From an uncultured Alphaproteobacteria bacterium (lineage in GTDB: Bacteria > Pseudomonadota > Alphaproteobacteria > RF32 > CAG-239): a stretch of 64,000 bases of DNA. Below the pieces are notes generated by a model. That model made no database searches. It was given only the letters and a program-made list of their open reading frames with translations, and was not told the origin of the DNA. Shown in pieces: positions 39,499 to 48,741 of this stretch; positions within the stretch are counted from its first letter, which is position 1; every line of letters starts with the position of its first letter. The stretch is from contig CALYBC010000025.1 in assembly GCA_944393725.1 (NCBI GenBank), positions 1,232 through 65,231 on the forward strand. Direction: 5' to 3'. The translations under genes and the position numbers were made by a program.

Positions 39499-40326
39499 AT
39501 GCAAAAGTTTAGCTACCACAGTCATACCAACTTTGCCGGAATATTTGACGGCCGCAACACTGCCGACGAAATGATTTCCGCGGCCGAAACTTTTGGTTTT
39601 GAAGAATTTGGTATCAGCAATCACTTTATTTACCACCCTACCATTGCTAAAATTCCGTTTATTCATACGCAAATGTTTGGGGATATAAATAAACTAATTG
39701 ATGTATACAAGCAAAATTATGAGGATATCGACAAGGCTGCCGAGCAGCATAATATAAAAGTTCTCAAAGGAATGGAGGTTGACTTCTTTCCGTCAGCAAA
39801 GTGGCGCAATAGTTTTGAAAAGGCGATAAAAGAACTCAAGCCGGATTATATAATCGGAGCCACGCATTTTATCAGAAATTCCGATGAAAGTTTCATGTGT
39901 AACATATATCACTTAAACAATCTTCCGGAAAGTATTACTGCGGAAGAAAAAGAAGATTTGTTGCGAAACTATTGGCTAAACACCGAATCAAGCGTAAAAA
40001 GCGGGTATTTTGATTTTATTGCTCATTTTGACTACTGCTGCCAATTTGATTTATGCGTAACGGACGATTGGAATGAATATAAATACAAAGTAGTAGAAGC
40101 CTTATCTGCAACCGGCACTGCCTGTGAAGTAAACACAAATGGCTTAAGGCGTATCGGTCGCCCCTACCCTGATTGGTGGCTGGTCAAAGAAATGATAAAG
40201 CAAGATATTCCTTTGTTGATTAGCGATGATTCTCATTTTGCGAATCATGTTGGTTCGTATTTTGCCGAAGTTGAGAAAAAATTATCCGAATTAGGTTGTG
40301 AGAATCGTTTTTCTTTTCATAAATAG
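39499..40326 (+). CDS. PHP-domain phosphoesterase (histidinol-phosphatase HisJ/HisK-like)
   Basis: SYHSHT, GISNH, GMEVDF, GATHF, IAHFD, EVNT, SDDSH. Confidence 0.85.
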   Translation: MQKFSYHSHTNFAGIFDGRNTADEMISAAETFGFEEFGISNHFIYHPTIAKIPFIHTQMFGDINKLIDVYKQNYEDIDKAAEQHNIKVLKGMEVDFFPSAKWRNSFEKAIKELKPDYIIGATHFIRNSDESFMCNIYHLNNLPESITAEEKEDLLRNYWLNTESSVKSGYFDFIAHFDYCCQFDLCVTDDWNEYKYKVVEALSATGTACEVNTNGLRRIGRPYPDWWLVKEMIKQDIPLLISDDSHFANHVGSYFAEVEKKLSELGCENRFSFHK

Positions 40327-40445
40327 ATTCAAATATCACTGTTTAAGTAATTGAAAATGTAGCTGTTTTTGTTTTTATTAAAAATGGTGTTTATAAGTCG
40401 GTTTTTTATGTTTTAAATTTTTCATAATTTTTATAAAAATAAGTT

Positions 40446-41087
40446 ATGAAAAATTTAGCAGAAAAATACAATGTTTCATGTGAAACAATCGACCAATTAA
40501 AAATCTACCAGTCGTTACTTAATGAGTGGCAGCAGAAGTTTAATTTGGTTAGTAGTTCAAGCTTGAACGATGCTTGGAATAGGCATTTTCTTGACTCTTT
40601 ACAGCTTGTGCAGTACTTGCCTCAACAAGCGGAAACTCTGGTTGATTTTGGCTCTGGCGCTGGGTTTCCTGGAATGGTTGTTGCTATCGCCTCAAAAAAA
40701 AGAACGCCGTATTTAAAAGTTACGCTGGTTGAAAGTATAAAAAAGAAAACGCTGTATTTAAATGAGGTGGCATTGCAAACATCTACCGATGTCGAAATAA
40801 TCAACGACAGAATCGAAAATATAAAGAACCGTAAATTTGATGTCATCACATCAAGAGCAATGACCAAACTTTCAGATTTGCTCAAATATGCCCTGCCCTT
40901 CTGCCATCAAAAAACCGTTTGTATTTTTCCCAAAGGCCAAAACTACGCTCAAGAGCTAAATGAGGCACACAAGCAATGGAAATTTAAATGTCAAATAGAG
41001 CCAAACGATTTTTCTGCCGAAGGCAAAATTTTGATAATAACCGATATATCAAAGAAAAAAGGAGGAAATAAATGCCAAGAATTTTAG
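40446..41087 (+). CDS. rsmG: 16S rRNA m7G527 methyltransferase
   Basis: RHFLDS, DFGSGAGFPG, ITSRA, FPKG. Confidence 0.95.
   Translation: MKNLAEKYNVSCETIDQLKIYQSLLNEWQQKFNLVSSSSLNDAWNRHFLDSLQLVQYLPQQAETLVDFGSGAGFPGMVVAIASKKRTPYLKVTLVESIKKKTLYLNEVALQTSTDVEIINDRIENIKNRKFDVITSRAMTKLSDLLKYALPFCHQKTVCIFPKGQNYAQELNEAHKQWKFKCQIEPNDFSAEGKILIITDISKKKGGNKCQEF
40472..40487. promoter_or_regulatory. parS: parS site within rsmG 5' end
   Basis: TGTTTCATGTGAAACA, encoding VSCET. Confidence 0.82.
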
Positions 41088-41851
41088 TAGTTGCCAACCG
41101 CAAAGGCGGTGTCGGTAAAACCACAACCACGGTTAATGTAGCCACGGCAATGGCTGCGGCCGGAAAAAAGGTTTTGGTAATCGACCTCGATCCACAAGGC
41201 AACGCCTCAACTTCAATGGGAGTTGATAAAAAAGGCAGTATGCCGTCTTCATATGATGTTCTGTTGGGTACTCGCCGCCTTACCGACGCGGTTGTTTGGA
41301 CCGAAATACCAAATTTTTCAATCGTGCCGTCATTTCCGGATTTGGCTGCCGCCGAAATAGAATTGGTTGATGTTGAAAAACGCGAATTTGCACTCAAAAA
41401 AGCTTTATGTAAAGAAGCAGTTAATTATGATTATATTCTCATAGACTGTCCGCCGTCATTAAGCCTTATAACCGTTAATGCATTGGTTGCTGCAGACGCC
41501 GTTATTGTTCCGTTGCAATGTGAATTTTTAGCTCTTGAAGGTGTATCTGACCTAATTCGCAACATAAATGTCATTAAGAAAAACTTCAACCCTTCATTGG
41601 TTTTGCAAGGTGTTGTTCTAACCATGTATGACAAACGCAACAACTTAACTCAAATGGTTGAAGATGATGTCAGAAACTTTTTTGGCAAAAAAGTATATGA
41701 TACCGTCATTCCGCGTAATGTTCGGATATCAGAAGCTCCATCACATGGTAAACCTGTTTTGATTTATGATTTTAAATGTCCGGGGTCACAAGCTTACATT
41801 GGTCTTACCAAAGAAGTATTAAAAAGAGAAAGAGAGTTAATCGCATGCTAG
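41072..41851 (+). CDS. parA: Chromosome partitioning ATPase ParA
   Basis: NRKGGVGKTTT, DLDPQGNAS, IDCPPSL, IPRNVRISEAPSHG. Confidence 0.97.
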   Translation: MPRILVVANRKGGVGKTTTTVNVATAMAAAGKKVLVIDLDPQGNASTSMGVDKKGSMPSSYDVLLGTRRLTDAVVWTEIPNFSIVPSFPDLAAAEIELVDVEKREFALKKALCKEAVNYDYILIDCPPSLSLITVNALVAADAVIVPLQCEFLALEGVSDLIRNINVIKKNFNPSLVLQGVVLTMYDKRNNLTQMVEDDVRNFFGKKVYDTVIPRNVRISEAPSHGKPVLIYDFKCPGSQAYIGLTKEVLKRERELIAC

Positions 41852-42804
41852 AAGAAAACAAAAAAAAGAGCTTAGGTCGTGGACTTGAAGCCCTGCTTGG
41901 CGAAATGAGCGAGGATATTGCAGGTAGCGAAACCACGCACCAAAAGGCAGATAATAACATAAATATTAATGACATTCGCATTAGTAATTATCAACCGCGT
42001 AAAGATTTTGATGAAGATGCAATAAATGCTTTGGCCGATTCCATCAAGGAAAAAGGGGTATTGCAACCGCTTATTGTTCGCAAAACCGCAGATGGATATG
42101 AACTTATTGCCGGTGAAAGAAGATTAAGGGCTTCCAAAATTGCCGGTTTGACCGAAGTACCGGTAATTATAAAAGAGCTTTCTGACAACGAAGTTTTGGA
42201 GATAGCACTTATTGAAAACCTCTTGCGTGAAAATTTATCGGCCATAGAAGAAGCTAATGCTTATCAAAAATTGATAGACAATTTTTCACACACCCAAGAA
42301 AAAATTGCCTCTACCGTTGGTAAATCTCGCAGTTATATTGCCAACACTCTAAGACTTTTGAGTCTGCCGGAAAAAGTTCAAGAAATGGTAAGCCAAGGCA
42401 AATTGTCAGCCGGACATGCTCGTTGTTTGGTAGGGTTGGACAATGCCGAAGCTTTGGCCGAAAAAATAATTAAAGAGGATTTAAATGTTCGCGACACCGA
42501 AGCTCTTGTTGCAAAACAAAAAGAAGCCCCGGATGCAAACAATAAAAAACCTCGTCCGCAAAAAAGCGGAGATATTTTGGATATTGAGCAAAACTTGAAC
42601 AAAAATTTAGGCTTGCGCATAAAAATAACCCCCAACAAACAAGGTGGCGGTAAAGTTGTTTTACAATATGCCTCTGTTGCCGAACTTGATATGATTATAA
42701 ATATTCTAGAGCAAAAAAAACCGGCAGAAATTAATTTGCAGAACACTGTATTTAAAGCTCCGGAAGCTTCCAATGAAAAATTTTCAATCAAATTTGTAGA
42801 TTAA
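41845..42804 (+). CDS. parB: Chromosome partitioning protein ParB
   Basis: LGRGLEALL, QPRKDF, IAGERRLRA, GKSRSYIAN.LRLL; start 41845. Confidence 0.97.
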   Translation: MLEENKKKSLGRGLEALLGEMSEDIAGSETTHQKADNNININDIRISNYQPRKDFDEDAINALADSIKEKGVLQPLIVRKTADGYELIAGERRLRASKIAGLTEVPVIIKELSDNEVLEIALIENLLRENLSAIEEANAYQKLIDNFSHTQEKIASTVGKSRSYIANTLRLLSLPEKVQEMVSQGKLSAGHARCLVGLDNAEALAEKIIKEDLNVRDTEALVAKQKEAPDANNKKPRPQKSGDILDIEQNLNKNLGLRIKITPNKQGGGKVVLQYASVAELDMIINILEQKKPAEINLQNTVFKAPEASNEKFSIKFVD

Positions 42805-42819
42805 ATGAAAGGATAAAAA

Positions 42820-43047
42820 ATGACTATTCTGGAAAAAATGTTGGATACCTGTGCCAAAGCAGGCTATTCAACCACAAAAAATGTTGAAAAAATTGCACGC
42901 GCCAAGCAAATGATGTTTGGTGAGGAAGAATGGCAAAGATGTCCTTGCGACGGACAAAATCCCAAAAGATTTTGTATTTCCGAAACATGCAAAGCAGATA
43001 TCGAACGCGACGGTGAATGTCATTGCCATTGCTACTGCAAAAAATAA
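42820..43047 (+). CDS. Ferredoxin-thioredoxin reductase catalytic-subunit-like protein
   Basis: CPC..FC....C..DIERDGECHC..Y pattern; AAGGA RBS. Confidence 0.7.
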   Translation: MTILEKMLDTCAKAGYSTTKNVEKIARAKQMMFGEEEWQRCPCDGQNPKRFCISETCKADIERDGECHCHCYCKK

Positions 43048-43055
43048 CAAAAAAT

Positions 43056-43081
43056 AGGGCTTCGCAAAAGAAGCCTTTTTT
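43056..43081 (+). terminator. Terminator ending the rsmG-parAB-FTR unit
   Basis: AGGGCTTC-gcaaaa-GAAGCCTTTTTT. Confidence 0.75.
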
Positions 43082-43161
43082 ATTGCCGTTTACATTATTT
43101 TTACTTAATATGACATAGAATCAGACTAGCCGATAAAATAACCGTAAAAGAGGGTAAGATA

Positions 43162-44133
43162 ATGATTAAAAAAATACTTTTCGGAGCCGCCGCGCTGTTT
43201 TTTATTTTTGCTGGCGGAGTCGGGACACAAAGTGACAGTACATTACTGCAAGGCGGCGGTTTTTTAGGAATTATCATAGGTCTTGTTGTTCTTTACATAT
43301 TTGCTAAAATGGCTTGGCGAGCCATAGGATGCCTACCGTCACTGATAATTTTACTTGCTGTTATATTTTTTATTCTCTATGCCATAGGAGCATTAAAAGA
43401 CGGAATTGGCGGCATAGGCGATAATATAAGAACATTTTTGGGGCAGGGCGTTAAAACTTCATCAGAGGTTATAGCTAATGCAGATGTTGCAAGCGATGAA
43501 AACAGCAAATCCGAAGAAAACGGGGTGGTCAATCTGGTAGGAGAAGATATGCACCCGATAATTACCGAAAATATGGGAGATATTTTGCCTTCAAAAGCCA
43601 CAAAAAAGAAGCAAAAAAGCAACGAATTTAATCCACTAAACTATCCTTACACAATTGGTATAACCAGAGTAATTAACGGAGATACATTAGCACTCGGCGG
43701 CAGAGCAATAAAGCTTTACGGAGTTGCCGCACCATATAAGTCACAAACTTGTGCTGATTCTTCAGGCAAAGGCTACAAATGCGGACAACAATCAATATCT
43801 TGGCTGAGTAACTGGCTTGCGGATAATGATGTAAAATGCCATATTTTATCAGAAGACGACCGCGGTAATGCTTATGGTGTATGTATGTTAGGACCTTATG
43901 ATATTGGAGCAGCTTTGGTAAATGCCGGCTGGGCTGTAGCAGATACCAGACAGACCAAAATATATGTACCGTATCAAGAACAAGCCGTAGCCAATCGTCG
44001 CGGCTTATGGCAAGGAGAATTTTATATGCCTTGGGATTGGGAAAAGATTCAAGCCCGCAAAGCCAATGTAAAAATAATTAACAAGAAAAGTAACAGCGGC
44101 CGTCGCAAAGTTTGGTTTAATCCTTTTGAGTAA
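43162..44133 (+). CDS. Membrane-anchored SNase/thermonuclease-fold protein
   Basis: 3 N-terminal TMs; RVINGDTL, LYGVAAP..QTC..YKCG, LVNAGWAVA, RRGLWQGEF..PWDW. Confidence 0.82.
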   Translation: MIKKILFGAAALFFIFAGGVGTQSDSTLLQGGGFLGIIIGLVVLYIFAKMAWRAIGCLPSLIILLAVIFFILYAIGALKDGIGGIGDNIRTFLGQGVKTSSEVIANADVASDENSKSEENGVVNLVGEDMHPIITENMGDILPSKATKKKQKSNEFNPLNYPYTIGITRVINGDTLALGGRAIKLYGVAAPYKSQTCADSSGKGYKCGQQSISWLSNWLADNDVKCHILSEDDRGNAYGVCMLGPYDIGAALVNAGWAVADTRQTKIYVPYQEQAVANRRGLWQGEFYMPWDWEKIQARKANVKIINKKSNSGRRKVWFNPFE

Positions 44134-44137
44134 TAAC

Positions 44138-44590
44138 ATGAAAAAAACATTTACCACCAAAACCGAAGCAGAAACGATATCTCTTGCCTCTCAGATTGCA
44201 AAAATTGCCAAAAGGGGAGATGTTTTTGCTCTGTACGGAACACTAGGCATGGGAAAAAGTGTTTTTGCCAGGGGTTTTATACAAACTCTTTGTCAAGCCG
44301 AAGAAGTTCCAAGTCCGACTTTTACCTTAGTCCAAGAATATGATGCTCCTGAATATTCAATATATCACTTTGATTTATATCGGCTAAAATCACCCGATGA
44401 AGTTTTTGAGCTTGGTTTTGAAGAAGCTGTTTATGGAGGGGTTAGTCTGATAGAATGGCCGGATAAAGCCGGTTCTTGGTTGCCGCGAGATATCTTTAAG
44501 GTCGAATTTGTACCAAACGGCAAAAATCGTTTAATAACAATCAGTTGCGATTCTCAAGAGAAGAGTAATCGTTTGGAAAAAATAAAATGA
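44138..44590 (+). CDS. tsaE: t6A biosynthesis ATPase TsaE
   Basis: GTLGMGKS, VPSPTFTLVQEY, HFDLYRL, IEWP. Confidence 0.95.
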   Translation: MKKTFTTKTEAETISLASQIAKIAKRGDVFALYGTLGMGKSVFARGFIQTLCQAEEVPSPTFTLVQEYDAPEYSIYHFDLYRLKSPDEVFELGFEEAVYGGVSLIEWPDKAGSWLPRDIFKVEFVPNGKNRLITISCDSQEKSNRLEKIK

Positions 44591-44994
44591 ATATTCATGC
44601 GTCCTGCATAAATTTTAAGAAAAAAGGCATCTTGCTTTTGGGCGATTCCGGCGCCGGAAAATCAGAAATGTGTTTACGCCTAATCTTTGAGCACGGGGCT
44701 GTTTTGGTTGCCGATGACCGTGTAGATATAGTCATTAAACAGCAAAAAATTTATGCTTCCGCACCGCAAATTCTAGAAGGATTACTTGAAGTCAGGGGGA
44801 TAGGTATTATCAAGCTTAAATACTGTCGCAGAAGCAAAATAGATATGGTTGTAAAACTTACTAATCAAAAAATAGAACGACTGCCGGAAAAAGAGTTTTA
44901 TGTTTTTGAAGGTATAAAAATACCGCAAATAAGTATAAATCCGCAAGAAGTAGCCGCTCCGATTAAAATTTTAGCCGGATTAAGTTTGCTGTGA
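44587..44994 (+). CDS. hprK: Short alphaproteobacterial HPr kinase/phosphorylase
   Basis: IHASC, GDSGAGKS, LVADD, GLLEVRGIGI. Confidence 0.88.
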   Translation: MNIHASCINFKKKGILLLGDSGAGKSEMCLRLIFEHGAVLVADDRVDIVIKQQKIYASAPQILEGLLEVRGIGIIKLKYCRRSKIDMVVKLTNQKIERLPEKEFYVFEGIKIPQISINPQEVAAPIKILAGLSLL

Positions 44995-45078
44995 GGATTT
45001 GGCAAATCGCGGTTGATTAATTACAAGGCGAGTATTAATATACATGCAAATTTTTAATTTCAATATCAGGAAATTAGC

Positions 45079-45873
45079 ATGATCATATTAAGAAAAATCG
45101 AGAATTTTTTGCGTCGCCAAGGAAAGCCTTTGGTTAATTTTATCTTTAAGGTTGGTGAGCTTTTCATTTTTATTAGCCAAACGGTTTATAATTGCTTCAC
45201 GCCGCCGTTTTATTGGCGTAATTTTACCAGACAAGTCATCGACATGGGGTTTTATTCGTTACCGGTTGTTGGATTGACAACTATTTTTGCCGGTATGGTT
45301 ATAGCCTTGCAAAGTTACTCTGGTTTTGCCTCAGTCGGAGCCGAGAGTATGGTCGCCAGTGTTGTATTAATATCTGTAACCCGTGAATTGGCTCCGGTTT
45401 TATCGGCATTAATGGTTGCCGGTCGTATCGGAGCGGCTATGGCTGCCGAAATTGGTACCATGCGTGTAACCGAACAGATAGATGCTCTCACCACTCTTTC
45501 AACCAACCCGTTCAAATATCTGGTTTCGCCGAGAGTTTGGGCCGGTTTGGTTGTAATGCCTATTCTGGTGTTAATTGGTGATGTAATCGGAATTTTTGGC
45601 GGTTATGTAGTAGGAGTATACAAATTAGGTTTCAATCCCGCCAATTATATTAACGCCACTTTAGACGAGTTGCAAGCTCTTGATATTACAACCGGTGTAG
45701 TAAAAGCGGCTGTTTTTGGCTTTATAATTTCATTAATGGGATGTTATAACGGCTACAAATCAAAGGGCGGAGCTCAAGGGGTAGGTGAGGCCACAACCAA
45801 CGCGGTTGTATCATCTTCTATTTTAATTTTGATATTCAACTATATCGTAACCGAACTATTCTTTTCCAGATAA
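45079..45873 (+). CDS. mlaE: MlaE-family ABC permease
   Basis: RELAPV..GRIGAAMAAEIGTMRVTEQIDAL, GGAQGVGEATT. Confidence 0.94.
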   Translation: MIILRKIENFLRRQGKPLVNFIFKVGELFIFISQTVYNCFTPPFYWRNFTRQVIDMGFYSLPVVGLTTIFAGMVIALQSYSGFASVGAESMVASVVLISVTRELAPVLSALMVAGRIGAAMAAEIGTMRVTEQIDALTTLSTNPFKYLVSPRVWAGLVVMPILVLIGDVIGIFGGYVVGVYKLGFNPANYINATLDELQALDITTGVVKAAVFGFIISLMGCYNGYKSKGGAQGVGEATTNAVVSSSILILIFNYIVTELFFSR

Positions 45874-45885
45874 AAGGTGAGCCAA

Positions 45886-46650
45886 ATGTCCGAAGTAAAA
45901 ATTAAATTAAGAAATGTAAGTAAATCGTTTGGTAAGAAGGTTGTTTTACGCAACCTCAACCTAGATGTTTACAAAGGAGAATCTTTAGTTGTTATTGGGG
46001 GTTCTGGTACCGGAAAATCTGTTTTGATAAAATGCATTCAGGGTCTTTTAACACCTGAGGATGGTTCCATATTGGTTGACGATCAAGAAGTTGTAGGCAT
46101 TGATGAAAAAGACAAAGAAGCTTTGCATTCTAAAATGGGAATGCTTTTTCAGGGCGGAGCCCTGTTTGACAGTTTAAGCGTGTGGGAAAATGTTGCTTTT
46201 GATTTGATAGAGAACAAGGGGTATAACAAAAAAGACGCTCGTAACGAGGCTATAAGAGTATTGCGTTCGGTCGGTCTAGACCCCGATGTTGCTGACTTAT
46301 CGCCGGCAGAACTATCCGGCGGTATGCAAAAGCGCGTAGGTTTGGCCAGAGCCATAATATCGCGTCCGGAAATCATCTTTTTTGACGAGCCGACAACCGG
46401 TCTTGACCCGATAATGGCCGATGTAATCAACGATTTGATAGTTGAATCGGTAAAAGGTTTGGGTGCAACCGCTCTTACCATTACGCATGACATGGCTTCG
46501 GCTCGAAAAATAGCTGATCGCGTAGCCATGCTATATAAAGGCGAAATCATATGGCAAGGAACGGTTAAAGATTTGGATAAAACCGATAATCCCTATGTTG
46601 TGCAATTTATTAACGGTCGCTCGCAAGGACCGATAAAAACGGGAGTTTAA
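45886..46650 (+). CDS. mlaF: MlaF-family ABC ATPase
   Basis: GGSGTGKS, LFQGGALFDSL, LSGGMQKRVGLARA, FDEPTTGLDP. Confidence 0.93.
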   Translation: MSEVKIKLRNVSKSFGKKVVLRNLNLDVYKGESLVVIGGSGTGKSVLIKCIQGLLTPEDGSILVDDQEVVGIDEKDKEALHSKMGMLFQGGALFDSLSVWENVAFDLIENKGYNKKDARNEAIRVLRSVGLDPDVADLSPAELSGGMQKRVGLARAIISRPEIIFFDEPTTGLDPIMADVINDLIVESVKGLGATALTITHDMASARKIADRVAMLYKGEIIWQGTVKDLDKTDNPYVVQFINGRSQGPIKTGV

Positions 46651-46652
46651 CT

Positions 46653-48026
46653 TTGGTAAAAAAAGAGCTAAAGCAATACATCTGTCAAAACTGTGGTGCT
46701 GTTTATCCCAAATGGCAAGGAAAATGCGATACCTGCGGTGAATGGAACACCATTATTGAAGAAATAGTCGGCGGCGGTGGTTTTTCTAATTTTAATCCTC
46801 GCAAAAGCAAGGGCCGCGAGATAGAGTTTTTTGCATTAAGCGGAGCACAAGAGCAACTTGATAGGCTTTCTACCGGTATCAAAGAATTAGACAGAGTTTG
46901 CGGCGGCGGCTTGGTATCAGGCTCGGTAATATTGGTTGGCGGCGATCCCGGAATAGGTAAGTCAACACTACTTTTGCAAGCCTGTGCCAAAGTTGCCGAC
47001 TTACCGTCGCACCCCGAAGTTTATTATATTTCAGGAGAAGAGGCTGTAGATCAGGTCAGATTAAGAGCCAAAAGACTGGGACTGGAAAAATCTCCGGTAA
47101 AATTAGCTTCCAGTACCGAAATAAAAGATATCGTCACCACGCTTGAAAAATCAAATGCCCAAGTAGTTATAATCGATTCTATTCAAACCATGTTCTTAGA
47201 TGAAGTTGAATCAACTCCCGGCAGTGTAACCCAAGTCAGAGCCTGTAGTTACGAATTGATAAAACTGGCCAAACGCAAAGGTTTTACATTGTTTTTGGTC
47301 GGACATGTTACCAAACAAGGCGAGATTGCGGGTCCTAGGGTGTTGGAGCATATGGTCGACACGGTATTATATTTTGAAGGCGAGAGGGGACATCATTTCC
47401 GCATCTTGCGTGCGGTTAAAAACCGCTATGGAGCTACCGATGAAATCGGTGTTTTCGAAATGCAAGACAAAGGTTTGGTAGAGGTTGCCAATCCTTCGGC
47501 ATTATTTTTAGCTGAAAGACAAGGTAATGTTTATGGCTCTTGCGTTTTTGCCGGTATCGAAGGATCAAGACCGGTTTTGGTAGAAATACAAGCGCTTGTC
47601 AGCCCTACCAGCTATGCCAGTCCCAAGCGGGCGGTTGTAGGCTGGGATTCCAACCGTTTAGCTATGGTTTTGGCTGTTTTGGATGCTCGTTGCGGTATGA
47701 ACTTAAGCTCCCAAGATGTTTATCTAAATATTGCCGGCGGTCTAAGAATCTCTGAACCTGCAGCCGATTTGGCGGTTGCTTTGGCCGTAATTTCTTCATT
47801 AAACAAAAAGACCTTACCTGCCGATATGGTTGTTTTCGGCGAAATCGGTTTGTCAGGGGAGATTAGGGCGGTTTCACAACCTTCATTGCGGTTGAAAGAA
47901 GCTAAAAAACTCGGTTTTCACAGTGCCATAATTCCGCAAGGCCGCTCAACCGACAAAAAATACTCGGTTGAGATGGATTTGCATGAAATGGGTAATGTTC
48001 AAAGATTAATAAACTTACTTAACTAG
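46653..48026 (+). CDS. radA: DNA repair protein RadA/Sms
   Basis: CQNCG..CDTC Zn finger, GDPGIGKST, KNRYG, GEIGLSGE. Confidence 0.97.
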   Translation: MVKKELKQYICQNCGAVYPKWQGKCDTCGEWNTIIEEIVGGGGFSNFNPRKSKGREIEFFALSGAQEQLDRLSTGIKELDRVCGGGLVSGSVILVGGDPGIGKSTLLLQACAKVADLPSHPEVYYISGEEAVDQVRLRAKRLGLEKSPVKLASSTEIKDIVTTLEKSNAQVVIIDSIQTMFLDEVESTPGSVTQVRACSYELIKLAKRKGFTLFLVGHVTKQGEIAGPRVLEHMVDTVLYFEGERGHHFRILRAVKNRYGATDEIGVFEMQDKGLVEVANPSALFLAERQGNVYGSCVFAGIEGSRPVLVEIQALVSPTSYASPKRAVVGWDSNRLAMVLAVLDARCGMNLSSQDVYLNIAGGLRISEPAADLAVALAVISSLNKKTLPADMVVFGEIGLSGEIRAVSQPSLRLKEAKKLGFHSAIIPQGRSTDKKYSVEMDLHEMGNVQRLINLLN

Positions 48027-48035
48027 GAAACAACG

Positions 48036-48734
48036 ATGTATCAGCTAAACAATCTGGATGTAATTATTTTGATAGTAGTTGCCATATCGGCACTGATAGC
48101 TCTAAACCGCGGTTTAATTAAAGAAGTTTTATCAATAGTAGGCTGGGTTTTAGCCACGGCATCAATAATTTACCTGCTGCCGGTATTCTTGCCCATAACC
48201 AAAAATTTTGTATCCAGCGGTCTTTTAGCCGGTATTTTAACCACATTAATCATCTTTGTGGTATTTTTCATTATTTGGATTTACTCAACCAGCAGTATTG
48301 TAGGCAAAATTCGCACCAGTAAGCTCAATGGACTGGATAGATTTCTAGGCTTGTTTTTTGGTATTATGCGCGCTTTTTTGCTGGTTATATTATTTAATAT
48401 AATGGTTAGTTGGATTATCCCCGAAGATAAGCAATCCGATGTTTTAAGAGAGTCTAAATACTACCAACTTGCGGGTTCTTTTGCCAAACCTTTAGAAGAG
48501 ATGATACCGCAAGAAACTCTTGATTTAATAAAAGAGAAGACTCAAGCCTTGAGCGCCGAAGAGCCGTCTAAAGCAGATGAAGAAAAAAACAGCTCGTCGG
48601 AACTCTTTGAAAAACTAGCCCGCCCGCAAATCAAAAAAAGTGTAAAGAAGCAGGTATCAAAAATCAGCGAAGACATAGGCTACCACCAGTCTGAACGCGA
48701 AGATTTAGATCGCTTGATAGACAGTGTAGAATAG
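48036..48734 (+). CDS. cvpA: CvpA family membrane protein
   Basis: RGLIKEVLSIVGW, LDRFLGLFFG; follows radA. Confidence 0.9.
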   Translation: MYQLNNLDVIILIVVAISALIALNRGLIKEVLSIVGWVLATASIIYLLPVFLPITKNFVSSGLLAGILTTLIIFVVFFIIWIYSTSSIVGKIRTSKLNGLDRFLGLFFGIMRAFLLVILFNIMVSWIIPEDKQSDVLRESKYYQLAGSFAKPLEEMIPQETLDLIKEKTQALSAEEPSKADEEKNSSSELFEKLARPQIKKSVKKQVSKISEDIGYHQSEREDLDRLIDSVE

Positions 48735-48741
48735 TCTAAAC

